Of a stretch of 64,000 nt of DNA, positions 9,310 to 19,484 are shown piece by piece. A program made the translations under genes and the position numbers. Each line of letters starts with the position of its first letter. Position 1 is the stretch's first letter. The notes below the pieces were generated by a model, which saw nothing but the letters and a program-made list of their open reading frames with translations, did no database searches and was not told where the DNA came from. This DNA is from an uncultured Candidatus Binatia bacterium. Lineage in GTDB: Bacteria; Desulfobacterota; Binatia; UBA9968; JAJDTQ01. The stretch is from NCBI GenBank assembly GCA_964291295.2, contig OZ219754.1:1696001-1760000 (forward strand). Reading direction: 5' to 3'.

Positions 9310-9768
9310 ATGTTGAACCACGAAGTGACGAGATGGCAGCCGTATCTGTTCGGCGGGTACCGCGACCTGGACGCCGTACTGGACAGATTCCTGGGACCCC
9401 GCAAGCCGGACATCGACTGGACGCCGCGGATGGACGTCGGCACCCGAGATGGCCACTACGTCCTCCGTCTCGACCTGCCGGGAGTGGATCCGAAGGACCT
9501 CGACATCGAGGTGGAAGGACGAGTCCTGACCATCAAGGGCGAGCGCAAGACCGAGGAGCAGGGCCACCACTACAAGGAGACCTTTCACGGCAGGTTCGAG
9601 CGCCAGGTCAGATTGCCCGACGGCATCGACACCGACAGGATCAAGGCCGGTTACAAGAACGGCGTGGCCGAGATTCGGATACCGCTGGCCACCGGCACGG
9701 CGGGCCGCAAGGTTCCCATCCAGACCGAAGGGGGCGAAAAGCCGGCCATCGAGCAGAACGCCGGATAA
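9310..9768 (+). CDS. Hsp20/alpha-crystallin small heat shock protein
   Basis: WTPRMDV, LDLPGVDPKDLDIEV, LTIKGER, GRFERQVRLP, AGYKNGV; AAGGAGG RBS before ATG 9310. Confidence 0.93.
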   Translation: MLNHEVTRWQPYLFGGYRDLDAVLDRFLGPRKPDIDWTPRMDVGTRDGHYVLRLDLPGVDPKDLDIEVEGRVLTIKGERKTEEQGHHYKETFHGRFERQVRLPDGIDTDRIKAGYKNGVAEIRIPLATGTAGRKVPIQTEGGEKPAIEQNAG

Positions 9769-9800
9769 GCTGCCGGCTCGACCCGGCAGGCACGTCAAGG

Positions 9801-9841
9801 AGAAGGGGGTCTCCCGTAAAGGGAGGCCCCCTTCTTGTTTT
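9801..9841 (+). terminator. rho-independent terminator after hsp20
   Basis: 15-bp stem AGAAGGGGGTCTCCC / GGGAGGCCCCCTTCT, GTAAA loop, T-rich tail. Confidence 0.85.
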
Positions 9842-10286
9842 GCACACCGTTGTTTCGCACACCGCCGCCGGTGATGTCGCGCCACGACAGTGCCCGAGGC
9901 GTGGCGCGAGGCCCTCAGCCTGATCGCCAGCGACACAACCGGTGCCGAAAGACAACACACCCAAAGTCGAAGGATGGCGGGCGACGGTTTCAGGTGACCT
10001 CGCCGCCGGTTGAAAGCGCTTGCACGCTCCTTGATCGGGATATGCGGCTGGCGGCTGGAAGGTCGAACCCGAGAGGGCTATATTCGGTTACGTTGGCGTG
10101 GCGCTTTCGTTGCTTCGGCGGAAATGCGCGGGGGAGCGAATTTCCACCCGATGACAACGACTTGCGGCCATGCTCGCAACCAGATCCGCTCGCCGTTCCG
10201 AATCAACCAGGGTGGGGGGGCGGTTCGTCTCGGAGTTCCGTGGAGCGGGGCGGAAGGGGAGGCGCCGCACAGACGCGGCACAGAAT

Positions 10287-11591
10287 ATGCTGACGCGAGT
10301 TCACATCAAGGGGTACAAGTCGCTCTCCGATGTCGAAGTGCGGCTGGAGCCTCTGACCCTGCTGTTCGGCCCGAACGCGTCGGGGAAAAGCAATTTTCTC
10401 GATGCGCTCCAGCTTCTGTCGAAGCTGGCAACGAGCCGGACGCTGAAGGCGGCATTCGATCCGCCCTATCGCGGCCTTCCTCTTGAATCCTTCAGTTTGG
10501 GGGACAAAGGGATCAAGGGTCTGGTCGCACAAGAAAGACTGGTTTTCTCGCTCGAGGCCGATTTGTACCTGTCGGACAAGATTGTCGACGCGGTCAATCA
10601 ACAGATTCGGGAAATGCGCCGGCCCAGCGGAGAGGGCCGGTCGGCGGAAGCCGGCACGAAAGCCGTCCGGGAACGGCACCTGCGTTACCGGGTCGAGATC
10701 GAAATGCTGCCCCGATCGGGCATTCTCCGAGTCACCGACGAATATCTTGCCGCGCTGAATTCCCGAGGGGAGCCGACCGGTAAACGGCGGGCGTTCATCG
10801 AACGGCGGGGCGAGAAGATCCATTTGCGGTTGGAGGGTCAGGCACATCCGACTTACTTTGATCGTTACCTCGATCAGACGATTCTTTCCATGCCCCACTA
10901 TCCTCCACACTACCCGCACTTGATCGCGGCGCGGCACGAACTGGAAAGCTGGCTGTTCTTTTACTTCGAGCCCCGGGAGCGTATGAGAGCGGCCAACCCC
11001 GTCAAGGAAGTGCGCCACATCGGCTTGATGGGAGAAGAGCTGGCTTCGTTTCTCAATACGCTGCAAGCGCTCAGACCTGAACAGTTCAAGGCGATCGAAA
11101 AAGCCTTGCGCACCGTGCTTCCCGATGTCGATGGGATCGAGGTAGAGGTAAGCGACCTGGGGGAGGTGGAAATTCGCCTCAAGGAAGGTGGAGTGGCTAT
11201 ACCGGCCCGGGTGTTGTCCGAAGGAACCTTGCGGATGTTGGGGCTTCTGGCCCTGAGTGGGGCGGATGCGCCTCCATCGCTCGTGGGATTCGAGGAACCG
11301 GAGAACGGTGTGCATCCCCGCCGGATTCAAATGATCGCGGAGTTGCTGAGGACACGTTCAAGTTTCGGGCAAGCTCAGTATATCGTCACCACTCATTCTC
11401 CGATTCTACCCGATCGTCTGCCGGATCAGTCCTTGTTCGCGGTGCGACGGATCAATCGCGGTACCCGGATCGACCCCTTTTCCGCGTGGGGTCCGCTGGC
11501 GCGAAGGCGATGGATAGGCGGTGTGCTTGACCAGCAGGTTGAAACACTCTCCGTCTCGGAACGCATCATGAGGGGGGATTTCGATGGGTGA
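10287..11591 (+). CDS. ABC/SMC-like AAA ATPase (AAA_21/RecF-like)
   Basis: IKGYKSL, Walker A GPNASGKSN, signature LSEGTLR, Walker B FEEPENGVHP, TTHSP. Confidence 0.92.
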   Translation: MLTRVHIKGYKSLSDVEVRLEPLTLLFGPNASGKSNFLDALQLLSKLATSRTLKAAFDPPYRGLPLESFSLGDKGIKGLVAQERLVFSLEADLYLSDKIVDAVNQQIREMRRPSGEGRSAEAGTKAVRERHLRYRVEIEMLPRSGILRVTDEYLAALNSRGEPTGKRRAFIERRGEKIHLRLEGQAHPTYFDRYLDQTILSMPHYPPHYPHLIAARHELESWLFFYFEPRERMRAANPVKEVRHIGLMGEELASFLNTLQALRPEQFKAIEKALRTVLPDVDGIEVEVSDLGEVEIRLKEGGVAIPARVLSEGTLRMLGLLALSGADAPPSLVGFEEPENGVHPRRIQMIAELLRTRSSFGQAQYIVTTHSPILPDRLPDQSLFAVRRINRGTRIDPFSAWGPLARRRWIGGVLDQQVETLSVSERIMRGDFDG

Positions 11592-12174
11592 TATCGCGTT
11601 GTTCGTCGAAGACTTTGCACACCAGCAGGTCATCGAGGCACTGGTTCGGCGGATTGCCAGAGAATGCGGGATTCACGTGTGACTGGATTGGCGAAGCGCG
11701 GTGCGCGGTCATGGACGAGTGGTTCAAGAATCGGCCGACTACCTGCGGAACCTGACCGATCAGGGCGGTCGCCCGCCGGACCTGATCGTTGTCGCCACGG
11801 ATGCCAATTGCGAAGGATGGACCAAACGTGCAAGGGAGGTCGGCAATCGGGAGGCACCGGCACCCTTGGTTCTGGCTATTCCGGACCCCCATATCGAACG
11901 GTGGCTGTTGCTCGACGGTGCAGCGTTCAAGAGAGTTTTTGGCAAGGGTTGTGCCGCGCCCGACCGGAAGTGCAGCCGCGACCGGTACAAGTACTGCCTC
12001 GCGGAAGCGATACACGCCGCGGGCATCACTCCGAGTTTTGGCGGTATCGAGTTCGCTCACGATATCGTTCAGCATATGGACTTGGGCCGTGCGGCGAGGG
12101 CTGATCGGTCTTTCCGCCGTTTTGTCGAAGATCTCCGTGCCGCGCTGCGCAGAATCGTGAGACACGACAAGTAG
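11584..12174 (+). pseudogene. DUF4276/RloB-like TOPRIM-fold partner of the ATPase, interrupted by in-frame TGA at 11680-11682
   Basis: ATG overlaps ATPase end; MGDIALFVEDFAHQQVIEALVRRIARECGIHV*LDWRSAVRGHG...VATDAN...PDPHIERWLL all in one frame. Confidence 0.72.
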
Positions 12175-12424
12175 CCTGAGGGGGGCTCTCAATCGTCGGC
12201 TTGCTTGGCGGTGAGAGAAGCGCTGTCCGGATACGTGTATTCGACGATTTGAATGACATGGGATGAAGCGGCACCGCTCTACAGCCACAGGCAACAACCC
12301 CATCCCGCCACTCCCGGATAACCCGTCGTCAAATCTCGGCCCCTCGGATGAACCGTCCGGACTACCTTCCGAATATCTCCGTGTTCCCGTTTCGAGAGCC
12401 ACAGGCCCTACAGGCCCGGGGGTG

Positions 12425-15400
12425 TCATTCCTCATCGTCAACGTCGATGACGTTCTTGAGGTCCTGGGCGTGTGTGTCGGTAAAATACAAAAACACCGGT
12501 TCACCGGCGAGCGTGATCGTCAGTTCGTTGCCGTCCAGCGCGTTGAACCCGTCTTTTATCTCGCTCCTGGAATCATTGGCATGCATGAACATCGCTGCGT
12601 GATTCGGGCATAATGCGAGGTAGTTCTGGTAGTGATGTTTCTTCAACTCCGGAAGAAACTCCACGGCCTCGAAGTAATAGTTTCCATTCCCGAGCCTGAA
12701 TGGAAGGCCGTCCCGACACGCCTGACAGAAGGTTATGCCGTTGACGTTAGTATAGAGCTCCCTCAGATAGGGATCGGTTTTTTCCTTCTTGGTCACGTCT
12801 CGGTTGCCTGAAATGGAACGCCGACTAATCTTGGTTGTCCGCTCCGGAGCACTACGTGCTTTCTTTCGGATATTCTCTGCTCTTCGATCTGGATTCCGGG
12901 GTTTGCTTGTGGGGAGTTCGCCGTTCTTCGTGTACTCCTCAAGCATCTTTCGGCGAACTTCCGGCGGAACGCGCTTCACAAACTTCAGCCCGTCTTCAAG
13001 TTCATCATCACTCTCAAAACCGAGTTCGGCGGCAACCTTTTGTTTCCGACGATATCGTTCCGCGAGCTCCTCTGTTTCCGCTCCAAAGCAGATGGCATCG
13101 AGCCAGGCCCAACCGGAATCGAACGGGAACCCGTCGGGCAGCAAGTCTCTGGACGCATCAACGGGGCGAACGAACCGACCATCCCCCTGGGGTACCCACG
13201 CCGCATTACGCAGTTGGTGTACGAGTTGTGAAGCGGCGGTATGTGGATCGTTGGACTGATTCTTTTGATAGGTTGCCTTCATCTTGTCGTTCGATGAGTC
13301 GCAGAGGGTTTTCCAGATGAGACAGGAAAGGTCAAGGTTCGGTTTCTTGAGCAATGTGGCCAGTTGGAGAATGACGAAATCGAGGTCGACGTTGGTGTCA
13401 TACCGGTGGATTCCCGGTGCGCTACTCAGGTACGCCCATTCAGGGTTATGATAACAATTGGATGGTGAAATTTCGAGTCGGTAGGCTACGCCGCACAATT
13501 TGGCAAATTCGATAAGCCGTGGTCTCATGTCGAAATCCATGTAGGCGTCGGTCAACGCGGATCGGTCGGACTCGGACCCAAGGGGAAAGTAGTAGGCCTG
13601 CAACATGGTTTCGAGATGGGGTGTGTCGAGATACACACCGCCTGGGCGGGACCAGCCACCACCGGATTTCTGGAAGATATAATAGTCCTTGAAGAGTTTT
13701 GTTTCCTGCCTGTTCTTTTCGACTAGCGCAATGAACCGCCTCAAGTCGGTTTCGTGGGTTTCCCAGGACGTCGAGTGGTTGGGGTTGGCGTATCGCCGTT
13801 TGAGAACAGTTTCGATCTGCTCAGACTCTCCGATTTCGCGGACGCCAATGTTCTCCAGAAAGGCTCGGGCACCACGCTGTACTTTTCTCCTGGCACCGTC
13901 GGTGTAGATATAGGTATCTTCTGCAACCCGGGGATGAATAGGGTCTGGCTGTGTCTCCTGAGTAGGGAAGTAGCACTCGGATCCTATTCTGAATTGACCA
14001 TCAGATAGCCTGACGATACAAATATCATCGAATCGTTCCAACTTGTTTTCGAATTCCCGATAAAAAAAGGCGTACAGCGAGCGGTGCCAGTCTACCGGTT
14101 TTCGGCGCATCCAATCAAGAAATATCGGGTCTGGGTCGTCTTTCCATGTTGCGTCCGACTGACACCATCGGCCGGCATTTGAGCAGCGGTCATCCAGGGT
14201 TTCCAGGAATTCCGTGGTGCCCCATCGTTTGATATCGAGATCATGATTCAAGATTCGGTCAACACGGTTGTTCCTTTGCGTAGCGGCAGCCGCCCAGTTG
14301 CGCCGATCCTTGTCATCGACAAGGAACCGGATGTCGCCGCGATTCAGGAGACGCTTCAACCCAGCTTCCGCTTGAAGAAGCTGGCAAGCCGGAGCATGGC
14401 CGTCGGTATTTGTTGGAGTCAGCGGTTGCTTGTTCATCGTGTCGACGATGGCCTCTCGTATGATCTGGTACGGTTTCGGGATGCCATCTTCGCTGTTCGG
14501 AAGCACGGCGAGGAAGTCCCGGTTGAGCAGACGGAGGTCGCGGATCTGGCAGAGGGATCGCGCCGCTAGTTCGGCGAGCTGCCGATACAGTGGCTCGTTG
14601 GCTGGCGTGTCCTTGATGCTGGAACGGCTGAGTTCCGGAACGAAGGGAGCATGGAGGTGAAAGTGGAGGTTCGAGGTTTCTTTCTCGGCCGTAAAATAAA
14701 CTGCGACGCGGCCCCTGTCGGCCGGCACAATTCGGAACTGCTCGGCGAAGCGCGGGGGTGCATCTGCCTTTTCCTTGTTCGACTGCGGCTCAAGTTCGAA
14801 GGCAATCGCAACGAATTGGCGATCCAGGTCTTTGACCGGTTCGGTGAAGCGGAGGAAGTGGGAGCTTGTGGTCGGCCTGCCAGCAGTTTCCCGAAGAATC
14901 TCCACGTGGTGATCTGAATGCGTATTTCGGAGCAGGCGGCCTTCCTCGCGACCGGTCATACTCCACTGGATCTCTTCGATGTTCGACAGGAACAATAGGG
15001 TATTGTCCGCAATATCCCGCAAACCGGCCTGAACTTCCAAGAACGCCTGGCTCGGCGGTTTCTTGCTGGAGTTGAACGGAAACTCGAACCGCGTGCGATC
15101 TACCAAGTCGGGGTTTGATGGTATCTCCCACGGAAGCACCATTTCTCGGATCTCGAAAGCATAGCTCGGCGACCAGACGCGTGGCGTTTCCGTATAGGCA
15201 AAAACAGCCTTGAAGCCGATTCCGAAACGACCGATTCGCTCTTCGTCGTCTGCCTTTGTTCCTTCCCCGATATCGGTGATGCTCTGAATATCGAATTCGT
15301 TGAATGTTCTTCCATTGTGTTCGAAGACAAGCACGTCATTGGAAAGAACAAAGGCAGCTTCGGTCGCGTCTGCGTCCTCAGCATTTTGAAGCAGTTCATA

Positions 15401-15517
15401 GATAAAATGCGCGCTATCGGGATAGAGATCCTCGGCAAACTTGCGAATTAAGGCGTATTTCTTGAGAACACGAGCAAGGTCTTCGTGATCCCGGCGAATC
15501 TGTTCAATGGCGTTCAT
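12425..15517 (-). CDS. sacsin/Nov-like GHKL ATPase with C-terminal HNH-like nuclease
   Basis: FIYELLQNAEDA, FEHNG, IGRFGIGFKAVF, FHLHAPF; C-terminal CQAC...EAVEFL...NYLALCPNHAAMF. Confidence 0.82.
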   Translation of the reverse strand: MNAIEQIRRDHEDLARVLKKYALIRKFAEDLYPDSAHFIYELLQNAEDADATEAAFVLSNDVLVFEHNGRTFNEFDIQSITDIGEGTKADDEERIGRFGIGFKAVFAYTETPRVWSPSYAFEIREMVLPWEIPSNPDLVDRTRFEFPFNSSKKPPSQAFLEVQAGLRDIADNTLLFLSNIEEIQWSMTGREEGRLLRNTHSDHHVEILRETAGRPTTSSHFLRFTEPVKDLDRQFVAIAFELEPQSNKEKADAPPRFAEQFRIVPADRGRVAVYFTAEKETSNLHFHLHAPFVPELSRSSIKDTPANEPLYRQLAELAARSLCQIRDLRLLNRDFLAVLPNSEDGIPKPYQIIREAIVDTMNKQPLTPTNTDGHAPACQLLQAEAGLKRLLNRGDIRFLVDDKDRRNWAAAATQRNNRVDRILNHDLDIKRWGTTEFLETLDDRCSNAGRWCQSDATWKDDPDPIFLDWMRRKPVDWHRSLYAFFYREFENKLERFDDICIVRLSDGQFRIGSECYFPTQETQPDPIHPRVAEDTYIYTDGARRKVQRGARAFLENIGVREIGESEQIETVLKRRYANPNHSTSWETHETDLRRFIALVEKNRQETKLFKDYYIFQKSGGGWSRPGGVYLDTPHLETMLQAYYFPLGSESDRSALTDAYMDFDMRPRLIEFAKLCGVAYRLEISPSNCYHNPEWAYLSSAPGIHRYDTNVDLDFVILQLATLLKKPNLDLSCLIWKTLCDSSNDKMKATYQKNQSNDPHTAASQLVHQLRNAAWVPQGDGRFVRPVDASRDLLPDGFPFDSGWAWLDAICFGAETEELAERYRRKQKVAAELGFESDDELEDGLKFVKRVPPEVRRKMLEEYTKNGELPTSKPRNPDRRAENIRKKARSAPERTTKISRRSISGNRDVTKKEKTDPYLRELYTNVNGITFCQACRDGLPFRLGNGNYYFEAVEFLPELKKHHYQNYLALCPNHAAMFMHANDSRSEIKDGFNALDGNELTITLAGEPVFLYFTDTHAQDLKNVIDVDDEE

Positions 15518-18500
15518 GCCACGTCCTCCCGCGTTGTCCGAAGCAAACCCGCGACGATCAGGGTTGCGTGAATGTCCGCGTTTTCCGCCAGCCTCTCCAG
15601 GTCGGCAATCCGACGATCATAATCGTGTCTGGCGCGCGCCAGTTCGCCCTCCTTCATCCGGCGGATTCTGTCGTTCGTTGCGTTCTCGATCTGGTCCTCC
15701 AACAGTCTGCATCGAGCCCGATGGCTCGTGTCCAGGCTCTGGCTGCGGTGTTGAACGAGTTCCCGGTTCTCCGCCATATGGTTCGCGCGCGCCCACCGCC
15801 ATGCGTCGTGATGGCGTTTGTCGAGTCGGTCGATCTCGCCCTCCTCGGGCGGAAGGCCGGCGGGTGCGTCTGCCGCGGTCTCCAACAGGGACAACACGAC
15901 ATCATCCAGTTCCGGGTCGGAAGCGACGGCCACGAGCGTGTCATCGGATCGTATGCCGGCCTTGTGCCACTGATAGACGGCGAACGGGTATTCGCCGGGT
16001 GGGACGACTGCGGTCGCGGCGACCAGACGGACCCGCACGGTCTCGGGACACTCCAGGTGTCGCGCCGCCTGGCGGACCAGGGGGTGCAGGACGTGCAGAT
16101 AGATGGCTTTGGGTTCGGCCGTGGCGATCCTCTGGTCGAACGTGACCGGCAGCAGCGGGTCCGCCCCCTTGAGCCACTTCTCCCACTGCCGGGCGACCGG
16201 ATCGGTGGATCGGGGTTGCCTTCGGAAGTCTTCAAGCAGCCGCGCCCGGACCTTCTGGCCGAGCCGCAGCGTCTTGAGAGGCTTGTCACCCAATAGAAAA
16301 CCGCCGTCGGTCTCGGCCACGCTGGACAGGTAGGCGGTCACGCATCGTTGCAATGCCTCCGGGGACAACCAGAAGCTCTCGGCTTCCGCGATGTCCTTGC
16401 GCCAGGACGAGTTGGGGACCGTCAGACCGAACAGCTCGGCCTGTCGATTCTCCAGTGCGGTCTCTTCCTGAACTTGGCGGATCGTGTTGTCGCCGAGTTG
16501 CTGGAGGCGTTCGGCACGCTGTTCCGGGGTCAGGGTGAAGCTGTCTGCGATGTTGTGAATTTCCTGCGCAATCTCGCCGAGGATTTCCTCGCTGCCACCG
16601 ACGGCGTGATGGAACACGCCGATGCGCAGAAGGCAGCGTTCGTAGATATCCGCATCGACTGTACCGGGGGTCACCAGGTTGAGGATGGCAACACTTTCGC
16701 TCTGCTGGCCGTAGCGGTCGATGCGCCCGATGCGCTGTTCGATGCGCATCGGGTTCCACGGCAGATCGTAGTTGATCAGCAGGTCGCAGAACTGGAAATC
16801 CAGACCTTCGCCGCCGACCTCCGAGGACAGCAGAACGTCCAGCGCGTCCGGATCGTCCTTCGGCAGTGCGAAGCGGCGGCGCAATTCCGAGCGGTCCTCG
16901 TCCCCAACGCCGCCGTGCACGAGACCGTAACGCAATCCCGCGCTGGCAACGTGTTTCTCGACATAGGCGAGGGTGTGGCGAAAGGTGCTGAAGACCAAGG
17001 CTTTGTTGTTGTCCATCCGCTCCTTGTCCCGCAGAACCCCGAGGAAGGCCTGTCCCTTGGGATCGACAGAGTCGAGGTCGTCGGCTTTCTCCAGGAGTGC
17101 CTGGATGTCGTCCCGGATCTCGGCAAGGAAGGCGGCATCGACGTGCGGCTCGCCGTCGATGCCGTCCATCGCCTCAAGGCTGTCGAGTTGACCGGCGAGC
17201 GTGTCGCGCAACAGCGGGGCCAGACCGTAGAGGCAACTGGCCGCCTGGCGGCGGATTGTCGTCATCATGAACTTGACGTTCTGCTCGCCGTGGGCGCGCG
17301 CCAGGATGCGGGCTACGACATCAAGCAGGTCGTCATGCAGGCGACGCTGGGCGGGCGTGAACTCAATGGTCAGGGTCTTCGGCTGGCGGGTCGCGAACTC
17401 CCCGATATCCCGGCGGCGCGTCCGGTTGATTATCGGGCTGAAGGTGTAGAGTTCTTCGAGCGAGCGGATGATGCGGATGCGGCTCGTGTCGTCGATACGC
17501 TGCTCGGCCAGGCGATCATGAAGATCCTGGAATGCCGGCGATTCGCGAAGAAACAGACGGCCCCACTCGGTTTGTGCGGCAACCTTCAGACATTCCCTGG
17601 CCTTTTCCTGCCAGCGGTCCCCTCCGGTGCGGCAATGGCCGATAGCCGCGTTGATGGACCCGTTGGGCGCGGCCATCTGTTCGAAGCTCGGGCGGTCGAT
17701 GATGAGGTCGGGCCGCAAAACATTCAGCAGGGTAAAGAGGTCCGGGCTGCCCAGCTGCAGCGGCGTGGCGGTCAGGAAGACCGCCGCCTCGGCGTTGTCG
17801 CAGAAGTAGCGCACGGCCTGGTGAAGATAGGTCTCCGCATTGCGGATGTGGTGTGCCTCGTCAACGATCACGAGATCGAACCGGGGCGGCGGGTCAAGGG
17901 CGAGCAGTCCCGTGCCAGCCCGGGCCCGTTTCCCTTCCTTGCCGAAGAGCAGTTCCGAATCGAACAGGGAGAACGGGACAATCGCCTTGGCGTAGCGATC
18001 GGGCCATTCGCCTTCCAGTCCTGTTTCCCGCAGGCAGTGACGAAGCGTTCTACCGTCGAGCGCCTCGAAGTGCTCGTCGAAACGTTTCATTTCCAGGAAC
18101 CACTTGCGTTCGGTCACCAGCGCCTTGGGACACATCACCAGCACCGATGAAACATCCGTCCGAGCCTGCAACTCCTTGACGATCAGTCCCGCTTCGATCG
18201 TCTTGCCCACGCCCACCTCGTCGGCAATCAGCAGGCGCGGCCGGTCGGCACGGATCAGTCTCAGCACGGGACGATACTGATAAGGCACGAAGTGAACGCG
18301 CCCGGACCGCAGCGAGTACAGGTTGGCGGTAGACGGCGAGCGTAGATGCAGGCCGGTCAAGTAGGCGCGCAGGTTCTCGGCACTGACCGGGGAGCGTTCA
18401 TCAGCAGGCTCGACCGGCCGCAACTGGCTCTCGTAGTAGGTGGTCTGACGCCCATCTTGAAACACCTGGTAGCGGGTCTCGGCGTCGCCGGGCATGACGG

Positions 18501-19170
18501 CGGTGACCGGCAGGACAGTGCCTGAATCGGATTGCAGTCCTACAAGATCTCCAACCTTGAACCGTGCCGTCGCGGCTTTCGGTGTGGTGGCGGTTATCTC
18601 GGGGCCGTCGGGTTTCACGGCCTGCTCGGCGGTATGGGTCGGGTCGCCTGAAGGATTCGGGTCGCCTGTGGATTTCGGAGCGGAGTCGGACGGAGTCGCG
18701 AGGTCGGTGAGGGCCTCTCTTTTGGCCGTTTCCACCACGGCGACAGATTCAGGCGATGCACCAAGCATGTCGAGAACCCGGGCCAAGGTGTCGGCATCGC
18801 GGTAGATGTCCTCCGCCGGAACCGGCGAGGCCGACAAGTGCGCCCACCGGTTGCGAACGGACTGCAATTCGCGAACCCAGCTGCGCCCCTCGCGCGGCCA
18901 GGCGAGCGCCGAGGAAAGCTCGTACCAATTCTGGTCGAGGATGCGCAGCAGCGCGGCAAGATCCAGTTGTTCCAGCTTGGTGAGTCCGCGTTCCTCCACG
19001 GCGCGCTGCTGCTGGAAGCTCAGGCGGTCCACGACCTTTTTTTGCCACCACTCCGCGCCAAGGGTGGGCAGATGTCTTGCAAGGGCGGATGCAAGCTCGA
19101 TCGTTGCGGTGTGAATCATATCATGCATGAAGGAGGGGGGTGGCTTCGCCGAATCGTGGTCCGGAATCAT
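15514..19170 (-). CDS. SNF2/RapA-like helicase with N-terminal Swt1-type HEPN domain
   Basis: LDLAALLRILDQNW...RNRWAH (Rx4H); ADEVGVGKT, DEAH, TATP, GGEGLDFQ, DLPWNPMRIEQRIGRIDRYGQ. Confidence 0.9.
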   Translation of the reverse strand: MIPDHDSAKPPPSFMHDMIHTATIELASALARHLPTLGAEWWQKKVVDRLSFQQQRAVEERGLTKLEQLDLAALLRILDQNWYELSSALAWPREGRSWVRELQSVRNRWAHLSASPVPAEDIYRDADTLARVLDMLGASPESVAVVETAKREALTDLATPSDSAPKSTGDPNPSGDPTHTAEQAVKPDGPEITATTPKAATARFKVGDLVGLQSDSGTVLPVTAVMPGDAETRYQVFQDGRQTTYYESQLRPVEPADERSPVSAENLRAYLTGLHLRSPSTANLYSLRSGRVHFVPYQYRPVLRLIRADRPRLLIADEVGVGKTIEAGLIVKELQARTDVSSVLVMCPKALVTERKWFLEMKRFDEHFEALDGRTLRHCLRETGLEGEWPDRYAKAIVPFSLFDSELLFGKEGKRARAGTGLLALDPPPRFDLVIVDEAHHIRNAETYLHQAVRYFCDNAEAAVFLTATPLQLGSPDLFTLLNVLRPDLIIDRPSFEQMAAPNGSINAAIGHCRTGGDRWQEKARECLKVAAQTEWGRLFLRESPAFQDLHDRLAEQRIDDTSRIRIIRSLEELYTFSPIINRTRRRDIGEFATRQPKTLTIEFTPAQRRLHDDLLDVVARILARAHGEQNVKFMMTTIRRQAASCLYGLAPLLRDTLAGQLDSLEAMDGIDGEPHVDAAFLAEIRDDIQALLEKADDLDSVDPKGQAFLGVLRDKERMDNNKALVFSTFRHTLAYVEKHVASAGLRYGLVHGGVGDEDRSELRRRFALPKDDPDALDVLLSSEVGGEGLDFQFCDLLINYDLPWNPMRIEQRIGRIDRYGQQSESVAILNLVTPGTVDADIYERCLLRIGVFHHAVGGSEEILGEIAQEIHNIADSFTLTPEQRAERLQQLGDNTIRQVQEETALENRQAELFGLTVPNSSWRKDIAEAESFWLSPEALQRCVTAYLSSVAETDGGFLLGDKPLKTLRLGQKVRARLLEDFRRQPRSTDPVARQWEKWLKGADPLLPVTFDQRIATAEPKAIYLHVLHPLVRQAARHLECPETVRVRLVAATAVVPPGEYPFAVYQWHKAGIRSDDTLVAVASDPELDDVVLSLLETAADAPAGLPPEEGEIDRLDKRHHDAWRWARANHMAENRELVQHRSQSLDTSHRARCRLLEDQIENATNDRIRRMKEGELARARHDYDRRIADLERLAENADIHATLIVAGLLRTTREDVA

Positions 19171-19484
19171 GATCGTGATCCTGGATCATGGGTGGCCTGC
19201 ATGCGCGTCTGTTGGCGTTGCGCCTGTGCAAGCTCGTAGCTTGTCTGCATGCGCATCCAGTGCTCGACGGTGCCCCAGCCGATGTCCTCCAACGCCAGTG
19301 CCATCTTCGCCGACACCCCCGCTTTGCCGTTCGGCAGGCGCGAGAGGGTCACGCGCTCGCAGCCGAGCCGGGTGGCGGTTACGGTCACGTTCCAGCCCGC
19401 TTTGTCAATGCTCTCGCGGATCAATTCGCCCAAGTGCGGCGGATGCGGCATCGGTGCGACGCGCTCGTTCGCCTTGTCGTGCAT
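19167..19484 (-). CDS. higA: HigA-family antitoxin/XRE HTH protein (orphan)
   Basis: PPHLGELIRE, ATRLGCERVTLSRL.NGKAGVSAKMALALE, WMRMQTSYEL. Confidence 0.82.
   Translation of the reverse strand: MHDKANERVAPMPHPPHLGELIRESIDKAGWNVTVTATRLGCERVTLSRLPNGKAGVSAKMALALEDIGWGTVEHWMRMQTSYELAQAQRQQTRMQATHDPGSRS

Noticed and set aside
9150-9310. CIRCE or ROSE element upstream of hsp20
   Set aside because: No TTAGCACTC-N9-GAGTGCTAA; the anti-SD-like CTCCTT lies at or before the predicted transcription start
12175-12435. Third gene of the helicase operon starting at the ATG overlapping the sacsin-like stop
   Set aside because: The translation is low-complexity, runs antisense into the TOPRIM-like gene and has no recognisable motif
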